A DNA stretch of 64,000 nt, taken from positions 331,128-395,127 of IMG/VR virus record IMGVR_UViG_3300024252_000004; one strand, 5' to 3'. The position numbers and the translations under genes are program-made. The notes under the pieces are model-generated. The model saw nothing but the letters and a program-made list of their open reading frames with translations. It was not told where the DNA came from and did no database searches. Below are positions 28,389 to 39,207 of the stretch, piece after piece; the stretch's first letter is position 1; the number at the start of each line of letters is the position of its first letter.

Positions 28389-29273
28389 ATGACTTTACTT
28401 CTTACAATGACAGAGAGTGATAGCTCAATTATATCTGGTGTACCAGAGTACGTTGAGTTTGAGACCAATGAACCGGCCACTGTTTTCTATACAGTGGACG
28501 GGACCGGACCAGATGCTGCGGATTTAATCGCGGTTGGCAAGGTATATCTTCCGACTCATGGTCAAGCATTCACTTTAAGTGCTGTGGCTATTTCTGGTTC
28601 AGAGGAATCTGATATCCTTGAGGAGGATTACTCAACGGATTCTTCGGCTTTGGCGAGGACGAGGAATGTAAGTGGTGAAGGTATCGTTATTCTTCCGGCA
28701 GGAGAGTATGACAATTTTGTTGATCACCTCTCTGAGGACACTAATGGTCAGGAGTCTCAAAGAACCACTATAGAGTTTTTAGATCTTATGATCATAACAA
28801 GCACTACCAATAGTCTTGGAGAGCCATTAGCCAGCGGTAGTTTGAGTACTGAAACGACTCATGATTTCATCAACATTCCAGATAGGAGTGGTGGCACGGA
28901 GATACCTGATATCTCTTCGGTTCATGACAGCGATTTTTTCCCTAATGCAAAGGTGATAGTTATCGATGGTTCGACTGAGGCTCTTTTAGATTCTCAAGCT
29001 GTTAGAATCATTAATAGGCCACACGGTACGATTGACCCATCGAGTAGTTTTTACAACGATCACATCATTGAGCGTCCATTGGTTTCTGGCAATTTTGTTA
29101 GAGCGATGTACAATCCGAAAACAGGGAAAGCGGTTTTTTATTATAGAGAGAGTCGAGACAATAGGTGGATTAAATCTGTTCAATCGGTTCAGCCAAAATG
29201 TATAAAAGCCGAGTCCAAACCGGGATTTGTTTTCAAGTGGATTGAGAGCAGATCGATGTCCAAGATTTATTGA
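28389..29273 (+). CDS. hypothetical protein with N-terminal Fn3-associated/chitobiase-like beta domain, candidate virion protein
   Basis: ATVFYTVDGTGP motif; follows TACTAATA. Confidence 0.6.
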   Translation: MTLLLTMTESDSSIISGVPEYVEFETNEPATVFYTVDGTGPDAADLIAVGKVYLPTHGQAFTLSAVAISGSEESDILEEDYSTDSSALARTRNVSGEGIVILPAGEYDNFVDHLSEDTNGQESQRTTIEFLDLMIITSTTNSLGEPLASGSLSTETTHDFINIPDRSGGTEIPDISSVHDSDFFPNAKVIVIDGSTEALLDSQAVRIINRPHGTIDPSSSFYNDHIIERPLVSGNFVRAMYNPKTGKAVFYYRESRDNRWIKSVQSVQPKCIKAESKPGFVFKWIESRSMSKIY

Positions 29274-29281
29274 GGAAAAAC

Positions 29282-30058
29282 ATGTTAAAGTTATCAGCAT
29301 CATCAATTGGGTGTTTTCAAAAATGCCCAAAGCAGTATCACTATAGATACATCGTTAAGCCAGACATTGAGGCAAAGGACTGGTCTTTCCTTGAGTTTGG
29401 TAAATGCGCTCACGAAGCGTTAGAAAATTTCCATAAGTATTTAATGGACAACGTTGTGGAACCTGAGAAGTACAAGTATCTCATGAGAGACTCTTTGAAG
29501 GCCGCAGTTAAGAATTACAATGCGCAGATTCTTAAGCCAGATTTTCCCGAACTTAAGCAAGTGCTTCAGAATTACCTGGACATGATTAAGAGAGAGGGGC
29601 TGCCACCTGTAGTTGATGTGGAGCGAAGTTTCAAATTTAAGCTCGACGGCAACCTATTAAGAGGATTCATCGATAGGACCGATGTGATCGAGCCGGGCTA
29701 CTACCATGTAGTTGACTATAAAACAAACAAAAACCCGAAATACCTAAAGCCTTTTCAGTTACTCTTATATGGCTTGGCATTGAAGGAACTCTACCCAGAT
29801 GTAGAACGGATAAGAGGTTCGTATTGCTTACTCAAGCACAACTCAAGATTGAAAACCTGGGAGTTCTCAGAGCGAGATCTTCAGAAGACTCGGGAGACGA
29901 TTGCCAAAGTCGGAACCGATATCACTCTTGGGGAGAATTGGGAAAAGAAACCAACCATCCTCTGCAACTGGTGCGATTACCAATCAATTTGCCAAGGCCC
30001 ATCCTTAGAGTTAGACACAGCAGGCCAAAATTGGGTAGGGGACAACATTTTCAAGTAG
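29282..30058 (+). CDS. PD-(D/E)XK nuclease (RecB/AddB/Cas4-like)
   Basis: LSASS...CP, G..AH, E, GFIDR.D, VDYKT, QLLLY, C.WC.Y...C. Confidence 0.9.
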   Translation: MLKLSASSIGCFQKCPKQYHYRYIVKPDIEAKDWSFLEFGKCAHEALENFHKYLMDNVVEPEKYKYLMRDSLKAAVKNYNAQILKPDFPELKQVLQNYLDMIKREGLPPVVDVERSFKFKLDGNLLRGFIDRTDVIEPGYYHVVDYKTNKNPKYLKPFQLLLYGLALKELYPDVERIRGSYCLLKHNSRLKTWEFSERDLQKTRETIAKVGTDITLGENWEKKPTILCNWCDYQSICQGPSLELDTAGQNWVGDNIFK

Positions 30059-30066
30059 GAGAATAA

Positions 30067-30834
30067 ATGGACGAGTTAACAGAAGAATTGAACGAAGAGC
30101 TGAATAAGATTGAGAACGAAATAGAGGTTGCTAAAGAAGGGAAGAAAGCTTCTTTCGAGGGCATAGTTAGAGTATATGACGAGACGTTCTATGTGAACAC
30201 CGAAACCGGTGTTGGTTTGGATAGCGTGCTAAAGAAGATTGAGCCGCTCTTGAATAAGATGTCTTCCAAGACATATATTGCTGGATATACCTTTGAGGAT
30301 ATCAAACAAGAATTAACCATTATGGCGATCCAGGGGGTCTGTTCTTACAACCCTGCACGAGGAACAAAGCTTAGTTCATTCCTTCAGACTCATCTTAAGA
30401 ATAAGCTTATCTCTAAGTTAAGAAGCGTTAATAAAATGTCCAATGATTCTTTTGCGCTATATGAGAAGAAGGGTTCTAATGTTGGTGGCGGTAAGATCAG
30501 AAAGGTAAGGGAAGAGATTCTGTTTAGTGCCTGTACCCCAGATAGTGTTGTAGACCCATCTATGATGTTCGAGAATACTGTCGCAGAGGAAGAGGGACTG
30601 TACGGAAAGACTGGACCATCGTTTGCTGATAAGGATTTTCAGCTTGCGCTTGAAAGTCTTGAGGGTGAAATTGATGAAGACACTATCACTATCATGAAGC
30701 TCATCTATTACGAAGATTACCCAATTAAAAAGGCAGCAGCAGTTGTAGGATTGACGGGATGGGCCGCAAGTATGCGACTCAAGAAGCTTACTGAGAACGA
30801 GTGCTTCATGGATGCCTTCGGAGATATGGTATAA
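30067..30834 (+). CDS. sigma-70 family RNA polymerase sigma factor
   Basis: Region 2: EDIKQEL...SYNPARGTKLSSFL; region 4-like C-terminus IMKLIYYEDYPIKKAAAVVGLT. Confidence 0.8.
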   Translation: MDELTEELNEELNKIENEIEVAKEGKKASFEGIVRVYDETFYVNTETGVGLDSVLKKIEPLLNKMSSKTYIAGYTFEDIKQELTIMAIQGVCSYNPARGTKLSSFLQTHLKNKLISKLRSVNKMSNDSFALYEKKGSNVGGGKIRKVREEILFSACTPDSVVDPSMMFENTVAEEEGLYGKTGPSFADKDFQLALESLEGEIDEDTITIMKLIYYEDYPIKKAAAVVGLTGWAASMRLKKLTENECFMDAFGDMV

Positions 30835-30840
30835 AAGTGA

Positions 30841-32235
30841 ATGGCCGTAGTAACAGACAACGACATCTTGAGGTACATAGATACTGAAAAAGATCTTTCC
30901 AGGTTCAATATAAAGACCCTAGAAAGGCTTAAGGATATCTCAGCCTCCAAGAGACGAATTCTCGAAATAGAAAGAGAGTTCGTTTCTCTTCCATTGGATC
31001 AATGGGAGTTTGAGGATGTCGCGGATGTTGCTGCGGCCATTTCTATTTATAGGTCTTCTCGTAGCCTTTTCTATAAAACCTATGGAGTGAAGAAGCCAAA
31101 AAGCCTTACCAAGAAAGAATTGGCAGAAAGGTTGAATATTAAAATTGACTTCATTCAAGATGCTGCCAACGAGTTCACAGGTAGAAAGGTTGAAGAGATT
31201 AATCTTGTTCAGGATGAGGAGCTTTTTTATGAACTCGGCAAGCACATGGCGCGACGGGGGAGAAAAAGGTTACAAACCGTTGTGAAGGAACTTGAGCCGC
31301 TTTCATTAGATGAGCTTAATAAGCTGGAACCAATAATGATCTCTAAAGATAGAGCAAGAAGACAAGCGACCCTATACTCCCTTGGTCTATACTTCAGAGA
31401 AGAACTGTCCAAAATTAAAATTGAAGCTTCGTTAACGAAGGAAAGTCTTATGTCGTGGATTGATAGATTGGATTCTATAATGGATAATGTTCCTGCCAAC
31501 CTTTTCAAAAACTATAACGTTTCTCTTGAAATGCTTCCGTCAGAATTTGATTCCGGAATGGGTCAGAATAGTTATTTTCGAAAGACTCATCGTCTAAGGA
31601 ACATTTTAGATTTTGATAATATGGTAAGAGACCTGTCGGATGCTCCTTCCTTATTTAACAATGGCGATTTCGACTTCGCAGAGCCTATGGTGGGCAGGCT
31701 CACTCCGGACGAGAAGAAGGTTATAGGTGCGGGCTTTTCAAAAGAGAAAAGAAGGAAATCAAAAACTAAAACCTTCGGAGTTATGCTGCCTATTCCGAGA
31801 TTAGGAAATGAGAAAATGAGCCTCATGCACGCACACATACGCGCGTGTGGACAAAATATAACCCCTCTTTTTGATGAATGTATTTCAAACATCAGGGTTT
31901 CGTATGAAGATGAGCAAGTCTATTTTAAAGCTTTAATGATGAAACCTTTATGGACAGTCTTGGATTCTTCTTCTAATAACGTAAGATATGGTATGGTACT
32001 GTCCAGACTTATCGGTTATGAGTTTCGGCATGTTGAAGAGTTTGATAAGGTAAAGGTCATCGATTTGGTTAATGAATGCAGAAGCGATTTTATGTCTCTT
32101 GACTTAGGCAGTGTAGCTTTTGTTCCAAAGACCAGATCCGAAGAAGATGCTTTTCATAAAATCAAACCATGGATCAATGAGATAGCCTCCCAGCTCAGGG
32201 ATGACTATTACACTACTACTAATGATAGTTGTTAG
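30841..32235 (+). CDS. hypothetical protein
   Basis: 464-aa ORF, no recognised motif. Confidence 0.75.
   Translation: MAVVTDNDILRYIDTEKDLSRFNIKTLERLKDISASKRRILEIEREFVSLPLDQWEFEDVADVAAAISIYRSSRSLFYKTYGVKKPKSLTKKELAERLNIKIDFIQDAANEFTGRKVEEINLVQDEELFYELGKHMARRGRKRLQTVVKELEPLSLDELNKLEPIMISKDRARRQATLYSLGLYFREELSKIKIEASLTKESLMSWIDRLDSIMDNVPANLFKNYNVSLEMLPSEFDSGMGQNSYFRKTHRLRNILDFDNMVRDLSDAPSLFNNGDFDFAEPMVGRLTPDEKKVIGAGFSKEKRRKSKTKTFGVMLPIPRLGNEKMSLMHAHIRACGQNITPLFDECISNIRVSYEDEQVYFKALMMKPLWTVLDSSSNNVRYGMVLSRLIGYEFRHVEEFDKVKVIDLVNECRSDFMSLDLGSVAFVPKTRSEEDAFHKIKPWINEIASQLRDDYYTTTNDSC
32217..32224 (+). promoter_or_regulatory. TACTAATG putative late promoter element
   Basis: At end of upstream gene, 55 nt before ATG 32272. 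Confidence 0.45.
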
Positions 32236-32271
32236 ATTGAATATTTTTATTCTGACATAAGGCGAATTAAT

Positions 32272-35200
32272 ATGCACAAAATTGCTAATGAAGTTACTTT
32301 TGCAAATCAGCAAATGGTTGAAAGAATCTTTTCTCGCATGAGAGACGGAGAGTACGCAGATACGGTAGCTACTCTTTCAGCCATTCATGACCTAATGTCG
32401 CAGCAAGCAGACCTTAGCGTCATTGATGCGACCAAGGAAGTTATTGGAGACAATAACTTCGTTCAGGGATTTGCACGATACATTACACATTATATTGGAG
32501 AAGGACAGTTCAGGGGAGTACCTTTTGAAAGTCTGTCAGAATCTCTATATGCATTCAGAGCACCTGCGGCTATCCCTGAAGGGGAACAGGTTCCGGAGGC
32601 GGCGACTACAGAGCCGGCAGAAGAAGAAGGCTTAAGCAAGCCTGACTTTGCAGAAGACCTTGAGAGAATCAAGACGCAAAAATACCCTGAAGCTGAGAGG
32701 GAAAGGGTTATGATGTCCTTTAAGAACCTCGGCCTTCATTTAAAGAAGCTTCACGAAGCTACAGAAGAAGGTGATGTTGAGCTTTATGCTGAGCAAATCA
32801 GGGGAACTATTGAGTTCTTAGATTCTTTAGTTAAGTATGCCCCTCTTGACAAGAAGGATGAATCGGATCCGGATAGCAAGAAGAAAGGGCCTAGCAAAAA
32901 AAGGGGATCAAAAGTTGTTAAAGCTGGAGAGACGAATCTTTCAGAAGAAGATGTCGCAAACAGAATGGACACAAGGGTTCGTGTACAAGAGATTCCTGCA
33001 ACGTTGAGCATGGAGACTTTGGGGTCTCATGCAATTGTAAGGGGAATCGAAATTGTTTCCGAGACAGGTTTGACCACGGAAACCATCCGCCAGACAGAGG
33101 AGTCTCTTGTTCAGGTTATGAACAATGCAAAGAAAGCTTTTGTTCATTTTGAACAACTTACTTCTGGAATGATTGAACGGCATCGACAGACCAGAACAAA
33201 AGGTAAGGGCTCAGACAAAGCTGATTCAAAGGTTAGTAATAGCGTACTTATCGATTTTAACAATTTGATTTACGCAATCAAGGGTGTTGATCTTTTTGTT
33301 AAGAAAGCAATTAGGGCAGCAATTATGGATCCAGAGAATTCAATTTCTGGAGTGGAACTTGCTGGACTTAGAGATAAATTGCTTGTGCCACAATTTGTTG
33401 CGGATAAGGCGTTCTTCAGTGAGACAATTGTGCTTGGATTATCGTACCTTGCAGTTAGAGATGTAGGTCTGCTATACGCCGGTATAAAAACATGGGGAGA
33501 CTTCGAAGGCGACACATACTCTTCAGTTGTTGAGGACTATGGAAAGGATCTTCATGGCGGACGAAGCTTAGAAGATGATACTACTGAATACATTTTTAAA
33601 CTTATGTGGTCAAAGTTCAGAAGGATGCTCTCTGCGACATCAACAGATCAGGCAGTAAACGATTCAGATCCGATGAAGAACTTCATTAGTAATGTTTTAT
33701 TCCAGAAAGGCTTTGTTGCGCAAAACCTTAGAAGAGATCTTCGTTCATCTGAAAGCAGCAAGGTTAACATTGCTAAATGCCCCACATGTACTCGTCCAAT
33801 TAAATGGTCCGGCAAACCCCTTAAGGATTTGGATCTAATCCAGTCTAGAGGCGCATACCTTCCTATGTATTCTTTTGTAGGAAAGCGCTTAAAAGATGAT
33901 GGCCGAAAAACATCATTTATCATAACTGAGAGACACTTAGAGGAGGGAGGTCCTTATCCTGCTCCGGATTCTTCAAAAATTGGAAACGCTTCTCAGATGA
34001 ATGAGACTAAAGCTGATGGCTCTTTGACGAACAAAGCTAAGCTCCTAAAGAGGACTCGTTCTGTCATTGATAGCTACGAAGGTTCCAAAACATGGTCAGA
34101 AATCCTTGAGTTACTTTATTCCAATGAGCCTGCCGAGCATGAAGAAGGACTTCAGAGAAGAGCCGGAGCATTAGCTCATCTTGGCGCGGTACGGTTACGG
34201 CACAAAAGAAAGGGAGGCGCAGGCGTCCCAGTCATGACGGACATTAGTACGATCATGTATGCTTGCCCATTCCAGAAGGAAGAGGCAGAAACGGGATTTT
34301 CGAAAAGCGACATATTCAGTCCAAAAGATGAGATTACAAAAATTAAAACAGAGCTTCAGTATCCTGACGATCCAGAGACTCAAGCCGCTGTTGGTGCAAT
34401 TTTTGACAAAATTGATGAACTTAATCTGTCATTTGCAGAAGCTGTGATGAACGATCCGGATATCGAGGCTCTCATTCGTGGAGAACTCGAAGAAGCATTC
34501 GATCAGGCTTATGATCTTGCAGGCGTAGTTAGGGGCGAAGATGAAGCAGAAGAAGAGGGAGAGGTTGGTCCTGCATTTTCTCCATCTGGCTGTGGCTTGA
34601 AGTTGTCGCCTTACGAAGATGATCCGTCAAAGATGACTTATGGTTCCAATTCTAATCCAAATGTGTTACAGTATACATGGAACCCTCGTGAATTTGATGA
34701 AACACAAGAAGCTGCGGCACAGAAGAGCCTGTCTGGAGGATACAAGTTCTCTAAGACGATCTTTAGGTGTCCGGCAAGAATCGTTGATCCATCATCCACA
34801 GATCTTATAAAATATAAAAACGTTGCAATTCCGAAGTCTGGACCGTCTGGCATTGGGAGTGGAGCCTATGTTCCGCCTACAAACGCATCAGGATATGCGG
34901 CTTATGATGAGATCGAAAATGGGACTTTCTCTTACCTTGTATGTGGCGCCTCAACTTCCCTCTCCGCTTTTGATAAAACTTCTGGAGGAGAAGGCTCTAT
35001 CTATACCATTTTAAGAAACCTTCTTAATGTAATTAAGGGTTCCAGCGCAACAGGGGAGAGTGTTACTAACTCCCAGAAGAATGCAGCAAAAAACATAATC
35101 GACTTCCTTATTCTTGAAGGAATTGACTACATGGACCTCATCAAAGCATTAGAGGTTGCAGACGCTCCAGAGCCAGAACTTGCTACAACCGCCCGTTTGA

Positions 35201-38200
35201 AGAAATGCAGAATAAAAAAGATAGAAAAAATGCTCGTTACAGCAGCAAGACAGCTTCCGTCTCAGTTCTCTGAGATTGAAGAGCTTGTTCTTGTGTGTCC
35301 TCACGGTCATAGGTTTTCACTTAAGCAGTCTGTAGGGTTCAGCGAGACCCACGTTTCTGTAAGAATGTCGGGCGCCAATAAAGGATATGCTGCGGCCAAA
35401 GAACTTTATGCTTTGACCGGAATTGAAAGCCTTGAGGCTGCAAAAAGGATTGGAGTTATTGTTAGAGCTGTTGACGAAGAAGAGTTGAAGACTTTTGAGG
35501 ATATTGGTAGCGAGAATCACAGTGTTGAAGAGTTAGCATTTGTAATCCCTGATGAGTTGGGGAACCCAGTCAGATGGAAGTTTTCACCCCGTATTACTGA
35601 TCTTATCAAGAAGAATGCATTCTCTGAGTACCCTGGTGCTGGACAGGAAGATATTCCTTCATCAATCGAGTATTCAAAAGTGAAATTTGGTGGGCAATTT
35701 TTGGCGGACCTTATCAAGGAGGGGGCTGGTTCAGGGAGTGAGGAAGAAATCGCTGCTGGAAAACAAGCTGCTGCGGATTATCGCAGAGATGAAGATGCCG
35801 GAAGCGAAACTCTTTCCAGAGCAATCGAGGGCATTGACTCTAAGGACCTCGCGAGCAACATTGAGGCTTTGGCAAGATCCCTTAGGGGCGCTCTTAAGAT
35901 TGTAATCACTTGGAATAATAGAGCTATTGAGCCTGAGTTTTTCAACAAAGTTGTTGCAAACTCGGATTTCTCAATCGAAGGAGTACCCGAAGAAATTCTT
36001 AGTATCGATGGATTATTCTACACTGAAGATGACGGTTTGGACTCAGCAGCACTGAGCGCCGTATTAACAGCTTTCGCCCCAAGGCTCAAGACCTATATCG
36101 TAGCGACAAATGCTTTCCAAGGAGAGGACTACGTTGGTTCAGCAACAGCTTTAGCTACAGCGGCATTGGTTGATGCTGTAGTTCAAGTTGCAAATGATAC
36201 GGAACACGATATCGAATTCGATCTCGATCTCGACTCTGACAATACAGAATTTGAGTTTGTCTATGCAAAACTTGCTTCATTCTTTGAAGATTATAGAGCA
36301 GATTTTCAGAAGCTAATTCCTTACATCACTCATAGTGATGAAAGATATGTGGCTAAAGCGCAAGAGATTGCCTCTAAGACACCAGTTCTTTCAATTTTTT
36401 ACACGATTGCATCTTACCGCACCGAGAAAAAAGGTCAGGAGAGAACAAGACTTCGTGAAGCATACGGAAAGAAAATATTCTTGGTCGCATACGCAAGATA
36501 TCTTGCAAATGCAATCGCAGTTGTTTATAATGAATGCATGGCGCCAGGAAGATGTATTCCAGGGGCATACATCGGATATAACATTGGAGTAGATCTGTCT
36601 ACAACTGACAAAGTATTAGCTTTGACTAGTGGTGATCTCAGAATAATTGAAGATAACCCGAATCTTCGGGGTGCAAATCACGGGATTGTTCTCAGAAATG
36701 TTGTAGCAGCATATAATGGTATTATCGCAAGAATGTCTATTGCAAGAAATATGGCAATTTCTCCAATTGGTTTGGCCGAAGCTAAGAAAGAACTTCTTAG
36801 GCAGTCCGGAACATCTGGTGACCCGTTGGCTCATGCAGTTTTCTCTTCTGCTTTCCCAATGCAAACTGTTGATTTCGGAATGGAGAACCTTACTTATGGT
36901 TCAGGGAATATTCCAAATGCATTCGGCATTAGGGCTGGCAAAGGAAGAGCTTTACCTTCTGAGCTTCATGAGTCAGAAGAAGAAGGTGTTGAACCGGCAG
37001 TATTGCCGCCAGCAATGCTACCGGTAACAAGGAGGGACGGCTCCCCTGTTCTTGACAGAGCGGGGCAGCAGAAAGTCATTCCAGCATATCTTCATCCAGA
37101 TTCAGGTTTCGATAGTTCGAAATTCCAGATTGGCATGTGTATGGGTAAGACAGGCAAATCCCTTACTTGGCCTCTCGATCATGCAAGTGATTTCGTAGGG
37201 TTCCCGCTTCCATTCAACAGAGATAAAACTGCCACAGTAACAAGAGCGGCAGATGCTGCCGTTTATGATTTCAGATTCGTAATCGATATCGAAGGGGTAC
37301 CTCAAGATATTTCTTTCCTCTTTAGAAGAGGAAGAATGACAAAGGAGGAAGATGGGGAAAGAAAAAATAAGTATCTCCCAATTTTGCGAGAACTTTATTC
37401 TAAACTTGATACTTTTGAAGATCAAAGAGGTGATGCACTTGAGGATGCTAAGAATAGCGAAGAAGAGGATGCAATCAATAATCATTTTGATGACGCTATT
37501 AGAGAAACTCAGTCTGCTCTAAAGCAGATTCCTCTATTCATAAAAGCAGGAAAGTCTTATGTGAGAAATAAAGCTTCCCTCGGTTCTTCTGAGCCAAAAT
37601 GGATTTCCGAAGCTCATCCGACAGCACTTCTTGTAGCTCCGAATGAGGCTCTCAACCTTATCAAAAATGTTGAGAGATTCGCTGGCATGCTTTCTGTTGC
37701 TCCAAACCAAGAACTATTAGAAAGGTTTGTAATTCAGGTGTATGGACTTGGGGTTGTTAGGGATATTGTTCAAGAAGCACAGAACAAGTACACAGACGAA
37801 ATTGCCGAAATTAGGGCTGAAGATATTTTCGACACTCACATCGATGGAAACACTTCCTCTGGGAAAAAGATGCTTTCGCATATCAATAGTAGCCTTTCAA
37901 AGGTTTACTCTGAGCATCTTGGGCAGTACTATGATCTCATTCCTTCTGGCGCAGACGGAACCGGTTCTAACTTGGTATTGCTCGAAGCGTCTGTACCTTC
38001 GTTTAAGGAGAATAGAAGATCCGAATCCGGATTTGAAGTCGTCCCTGATGAAGGATTAGGAACACCACCTTCTATTGGCAAACTGGCATCAAGAATGAAT
38101 AAGAATAATTCAATCTCAGATTTCTTTGGACGTGGCGCTGAAGGTGATGTTGGCATGACTTATTTGCAGAAGGCTCAAGAGTCTATGATCGAATACGTTA

Positions 38201-38355
38201 AGGGGCATGCATCCGGGGAGCTTGGCTCCCACACAACGGAGGCGTCATTGAAGACCGAATATTTGAAGAAGATCGCTAAGAGGCGCAAGTCTTGGGAGCG
38301 TATGATGTTAACGATGGGTGAGGCCGACATAGAGGTCGATGACCTCGTCGGCTGA
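32272..38355 (+). CDS. giant hypothetical protein (2027 aa) with dispersed Cys knuckles
   Basis: Uninterrupted 6.1-kb ORF; CPTC, ACPF, GCG, RCPA, VCGA, CPHGH. Confidence 0.85.
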   Translation: MHKIANEVTFANQQMVERIFSRMRDGEYADTVATLSAIHDLMSQQADLSVIDATKEVIGDNNFVQGFARYITHYIGEGQFRGVPFESLSESLYAFRAPAAIPEGEQVPEAATTEPAEEEGLSKPDFAEDLERIKTQKYPEAERERVMMSFKNLGLHLKKLHEATEEGDVELYAEQIRGTIEFLDSLVKYAPLDKKDESDPDSKKKGPSKKRGSKVVKAGETNLSEEDVANRMDTRVRVQEIPATLSMETLGSHAIVRGIEIVSETGLTTETIRQTEESLVQVMNNAKKAFVHFEQLTSGMIERHRQTRTKGKGSDKADSKVSNSVLIDFNNLIYAIKGVDLFVKKAIRAAIMDPENSISGVELAGLRDKLLVPQFVADKAFFSETIVLGLSYLAVRDVGLLYAGIKTWGDFEGDTYSSVVEDYGKDLHGGRSLEDDTTEYIFKLMWSKFRRMLSATSTDQAVNDSDPMKNFISNVLFQKGFVAQNLRRDLRSSESSKVNIAKCPTCTRPIKWSGKPLKDLDLIQSRGAYLPMYSFVGKRLKDDGRKTSFIITERHLEEGGPYPAPDSSKIGNASQMNETKADGSLTNKAKLLKRTRSVIDSYEGSKTWSEILELLYSNEPAEHEEGLQRRAGALAHLGAVRLRHKRKGGAGVPVMTDISTIMYACPFQKEEAETGFSKSDIFSPKDEITKIKTELQYPDDPETQAAVGAIFDKIDELNLSFAEAVMNDPDIEALIRGELEEAFDQAYDLAGVVRGEDEAEEEGEVGPAFSPSGCGLKLSPYEDDPSKMTYGSNSNPNVLQYTWNPREFDETQEAAAQKSLSGGYKFSKTIFRCPARIVDPSSTDLIKYKNVAIPKSGPSGIGSGAYVPPTNASGYAAYDEIENGTFSYLVCGASTSLSAFDKTSGGEGSIYTILRNLLNVIKGSSATGESVTNSQKNAAKNIIDFLILEGIDYMDLIKALEVADAPEPELATTARLKKCRIKKIEKMLVTAARQLPSQFSEIEELVLVCPHGHRFSLKQSVGFSETHVSVRMSGANKGYAAAKELYALTGIESLEAAKRIGVIVRAVDEEELKTFEDIGSENHSVEELAFVIPDELGNPVRWKFSPRITDLIKKNAFSEYPGAGQEDIPSSIEYSKVKFGGQFLADLIKEGAGSGSEEEIAAGKQAAADYRRDEDAGSETLSRAIEGIDSKDLASNIEALARSLRGALKIVITWNNRAIEPEFFNKVVANSDFSIEGVPEEILSIDGLFYTEDDGLDSAALSAVLTAFAPRLKTYIVATNAFQGEDYVGSATALATAALVDAVVQVANDTEHDIEFDLDLDSDNTEFEFVYAKLASFFEDYRADFQKLIPYITHSDERYVAKAQEIASKTPVLSIFYTIASYRTEKKGQERTRLREAYGKKIFLVAYARYLANAIAVVYNECMAPGRCIPGAYIGYNIGVDLSTTDKVLALTSGDLRIIEDNPNLRGANHGIVLRNVVAAYNGIIARMSIARNMAISPIGLAEAKKELLRQSGTSGDPLAHAVFSSAFPMQTVDFGMENLTYGSGNIPNAFGIRAGKGRALPSELHESEEEGVEPAVLPPAMLPVTRRDGSPVLDRAGQQKVIPAYLHPDSGFDSSKFQIGMCMGKTGKSLTWPLDHASDFVGFPLPFNRDKTATVTRAADAAVYDFRFVIDIEGVPQDISFLFRRGRMTKEEDGERKNKYLPILRELYSKLDTFEDQRGDALEDAKNSEEEDAINNHFDDAIRETQSALKQIPLFIKAGKSYVRNKASLGSSEPKWISEAHPTALLVAPNEALNLIKNVERFAGMLSVAPNQELLERFVIQVYGLGVVRDIVQEAQNKYTDEIAEIRAEDIFDTHIDGNTSSGKKMLSHINSSLSKVYSEHLGQYYDLIPSGADGTGSNLVLLEASVPSFKENRRSESGFEVVPDEGLGTPPSIGKLASRMNKNNSISDFFGRGAEGDVGMTYLQKAQESMIEYVKGHASGELGSHTTEASLKTEYLKKIAKRRKSWERMMLTMGEADIEVDDLVG

Positions 38356-38395
38356 TTCTCAGCAAGCTGAAAAACAATTGAAATAGGAACTGAAA

Positions 38396-38812
38396 ATGAC
38401 TGAAGGAACACTTGATGAGGTACTCGTTGATCTGTCTGAGAAGAAGGAGATTACTCCGGAAGCAATTCGCAGATTTTACAAAGAACTTGGAGAAGTAACG
38501 GAGACGATAAAGGCTGCTCGTGATGCCTTAAAAGAAGCGGTAAGTGACAACGAAGAGATCACCGGGATTGATGAAGAGATTGCGACCCTTAAGGAGCGCA
38601 GAAAAGAGATCATTGAGACAAATCCCGTACTCGTCGGGTACAAGGGCGAGCTTGACGATGCCACTGGTGACCGCAAGGATTTAGTGGCTGACGCTAAGCG
38701 CGACGGAATCCCCAGGAAGGAGATCACCACGGCAGAAAAAATGCTCAAGGGCGACATCGATCCTGAGGTCACCACCGAGGTATATCTCAACATTGCCGAC
38801 TTGGTTGGCTAA
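38396..38812 (+). CDS. putative DNA-binding protein (GapR/DUF2312 or T4 DsbA-like)
   Basis: Coiled-coil then DRKDLVADAKRDGIPRKEI resembling the KD...EAK..G.D.K motif. Confidence 0.5.
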   Translation: MTEGTLDEVLVDLSEKKEITPEAIRRFYKELGEVTETIKAARDALKEAVSDNEEITGIDEEIATLKERRKEIIETNPVLVGYKGELDDATGDRKDLVADAKRDGIPRKEITTAEKMLKGDIDPEVTTEVYLNIADLVG

Positions 38813-38832
38813 ATCAATTTTCGGAGAAACAA

Positions 38833-39207
38833 ATGAATGATTTCTTTTTGACTCGTTACGTGATCTGTGATTTATTTACCGAGGAAGATGTCGTATTTTT
38901 TTCTGATTCAGATTATCATTGGGATTCAGGAGTTGCTTACGATGAGTTTGATGAATCTGCCCTTTTCAAAACTGAAGAGGAAGCAGATGAGGCGCTTAGA
39001 AAAATTCAAGATGATTTCATTAATAGCGGGACTCCGTCTAGCGAGTTAGATTTCACAATCCTTGAAATCAATCTTCTGCATGGTATTGCAGCAGAAATTA
39101 GAAAAGAAATGGTTTCTATTTACGGTTCATCCTTAACGGAATATTCTGCTGACGTAGATATGGCTATTGCTATTGTGAAGTTGTTAAGAAAAAAGAAGAT
39201 ATTATGA
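38833..39207 (+). CDS. hypothetical acidic protein
   Basis: 124 aa, GGAG RBS. Confidence 0.7.
   Translation: MNDFFLTRYVICDLFTEEDVVFFSDSDYHWDSGVAYDEFDESALFKTEEEADEALRKIQDDFINSGTPSSELDFTILEINLLHGIAAEIRKEMVSIYGSSLTEYSADVDMAIAIVKLLRKKKIL

Noticed and set aside
29282-30058. Cas4 as part of a CRISPR-Cas system
   Set aside because: No repeat-spacer array or other cas genes were seen; stand-alone PD-(D/E)XK nucleases are common in phages.
33496-33513. GDFEGD in the giant ORF as an RNA polymerase DxDGD catalytic motif
   Set aside because: It has Glu in place of the central Asp and lacks the NA/P context; insufficient to call a virion RNAP.
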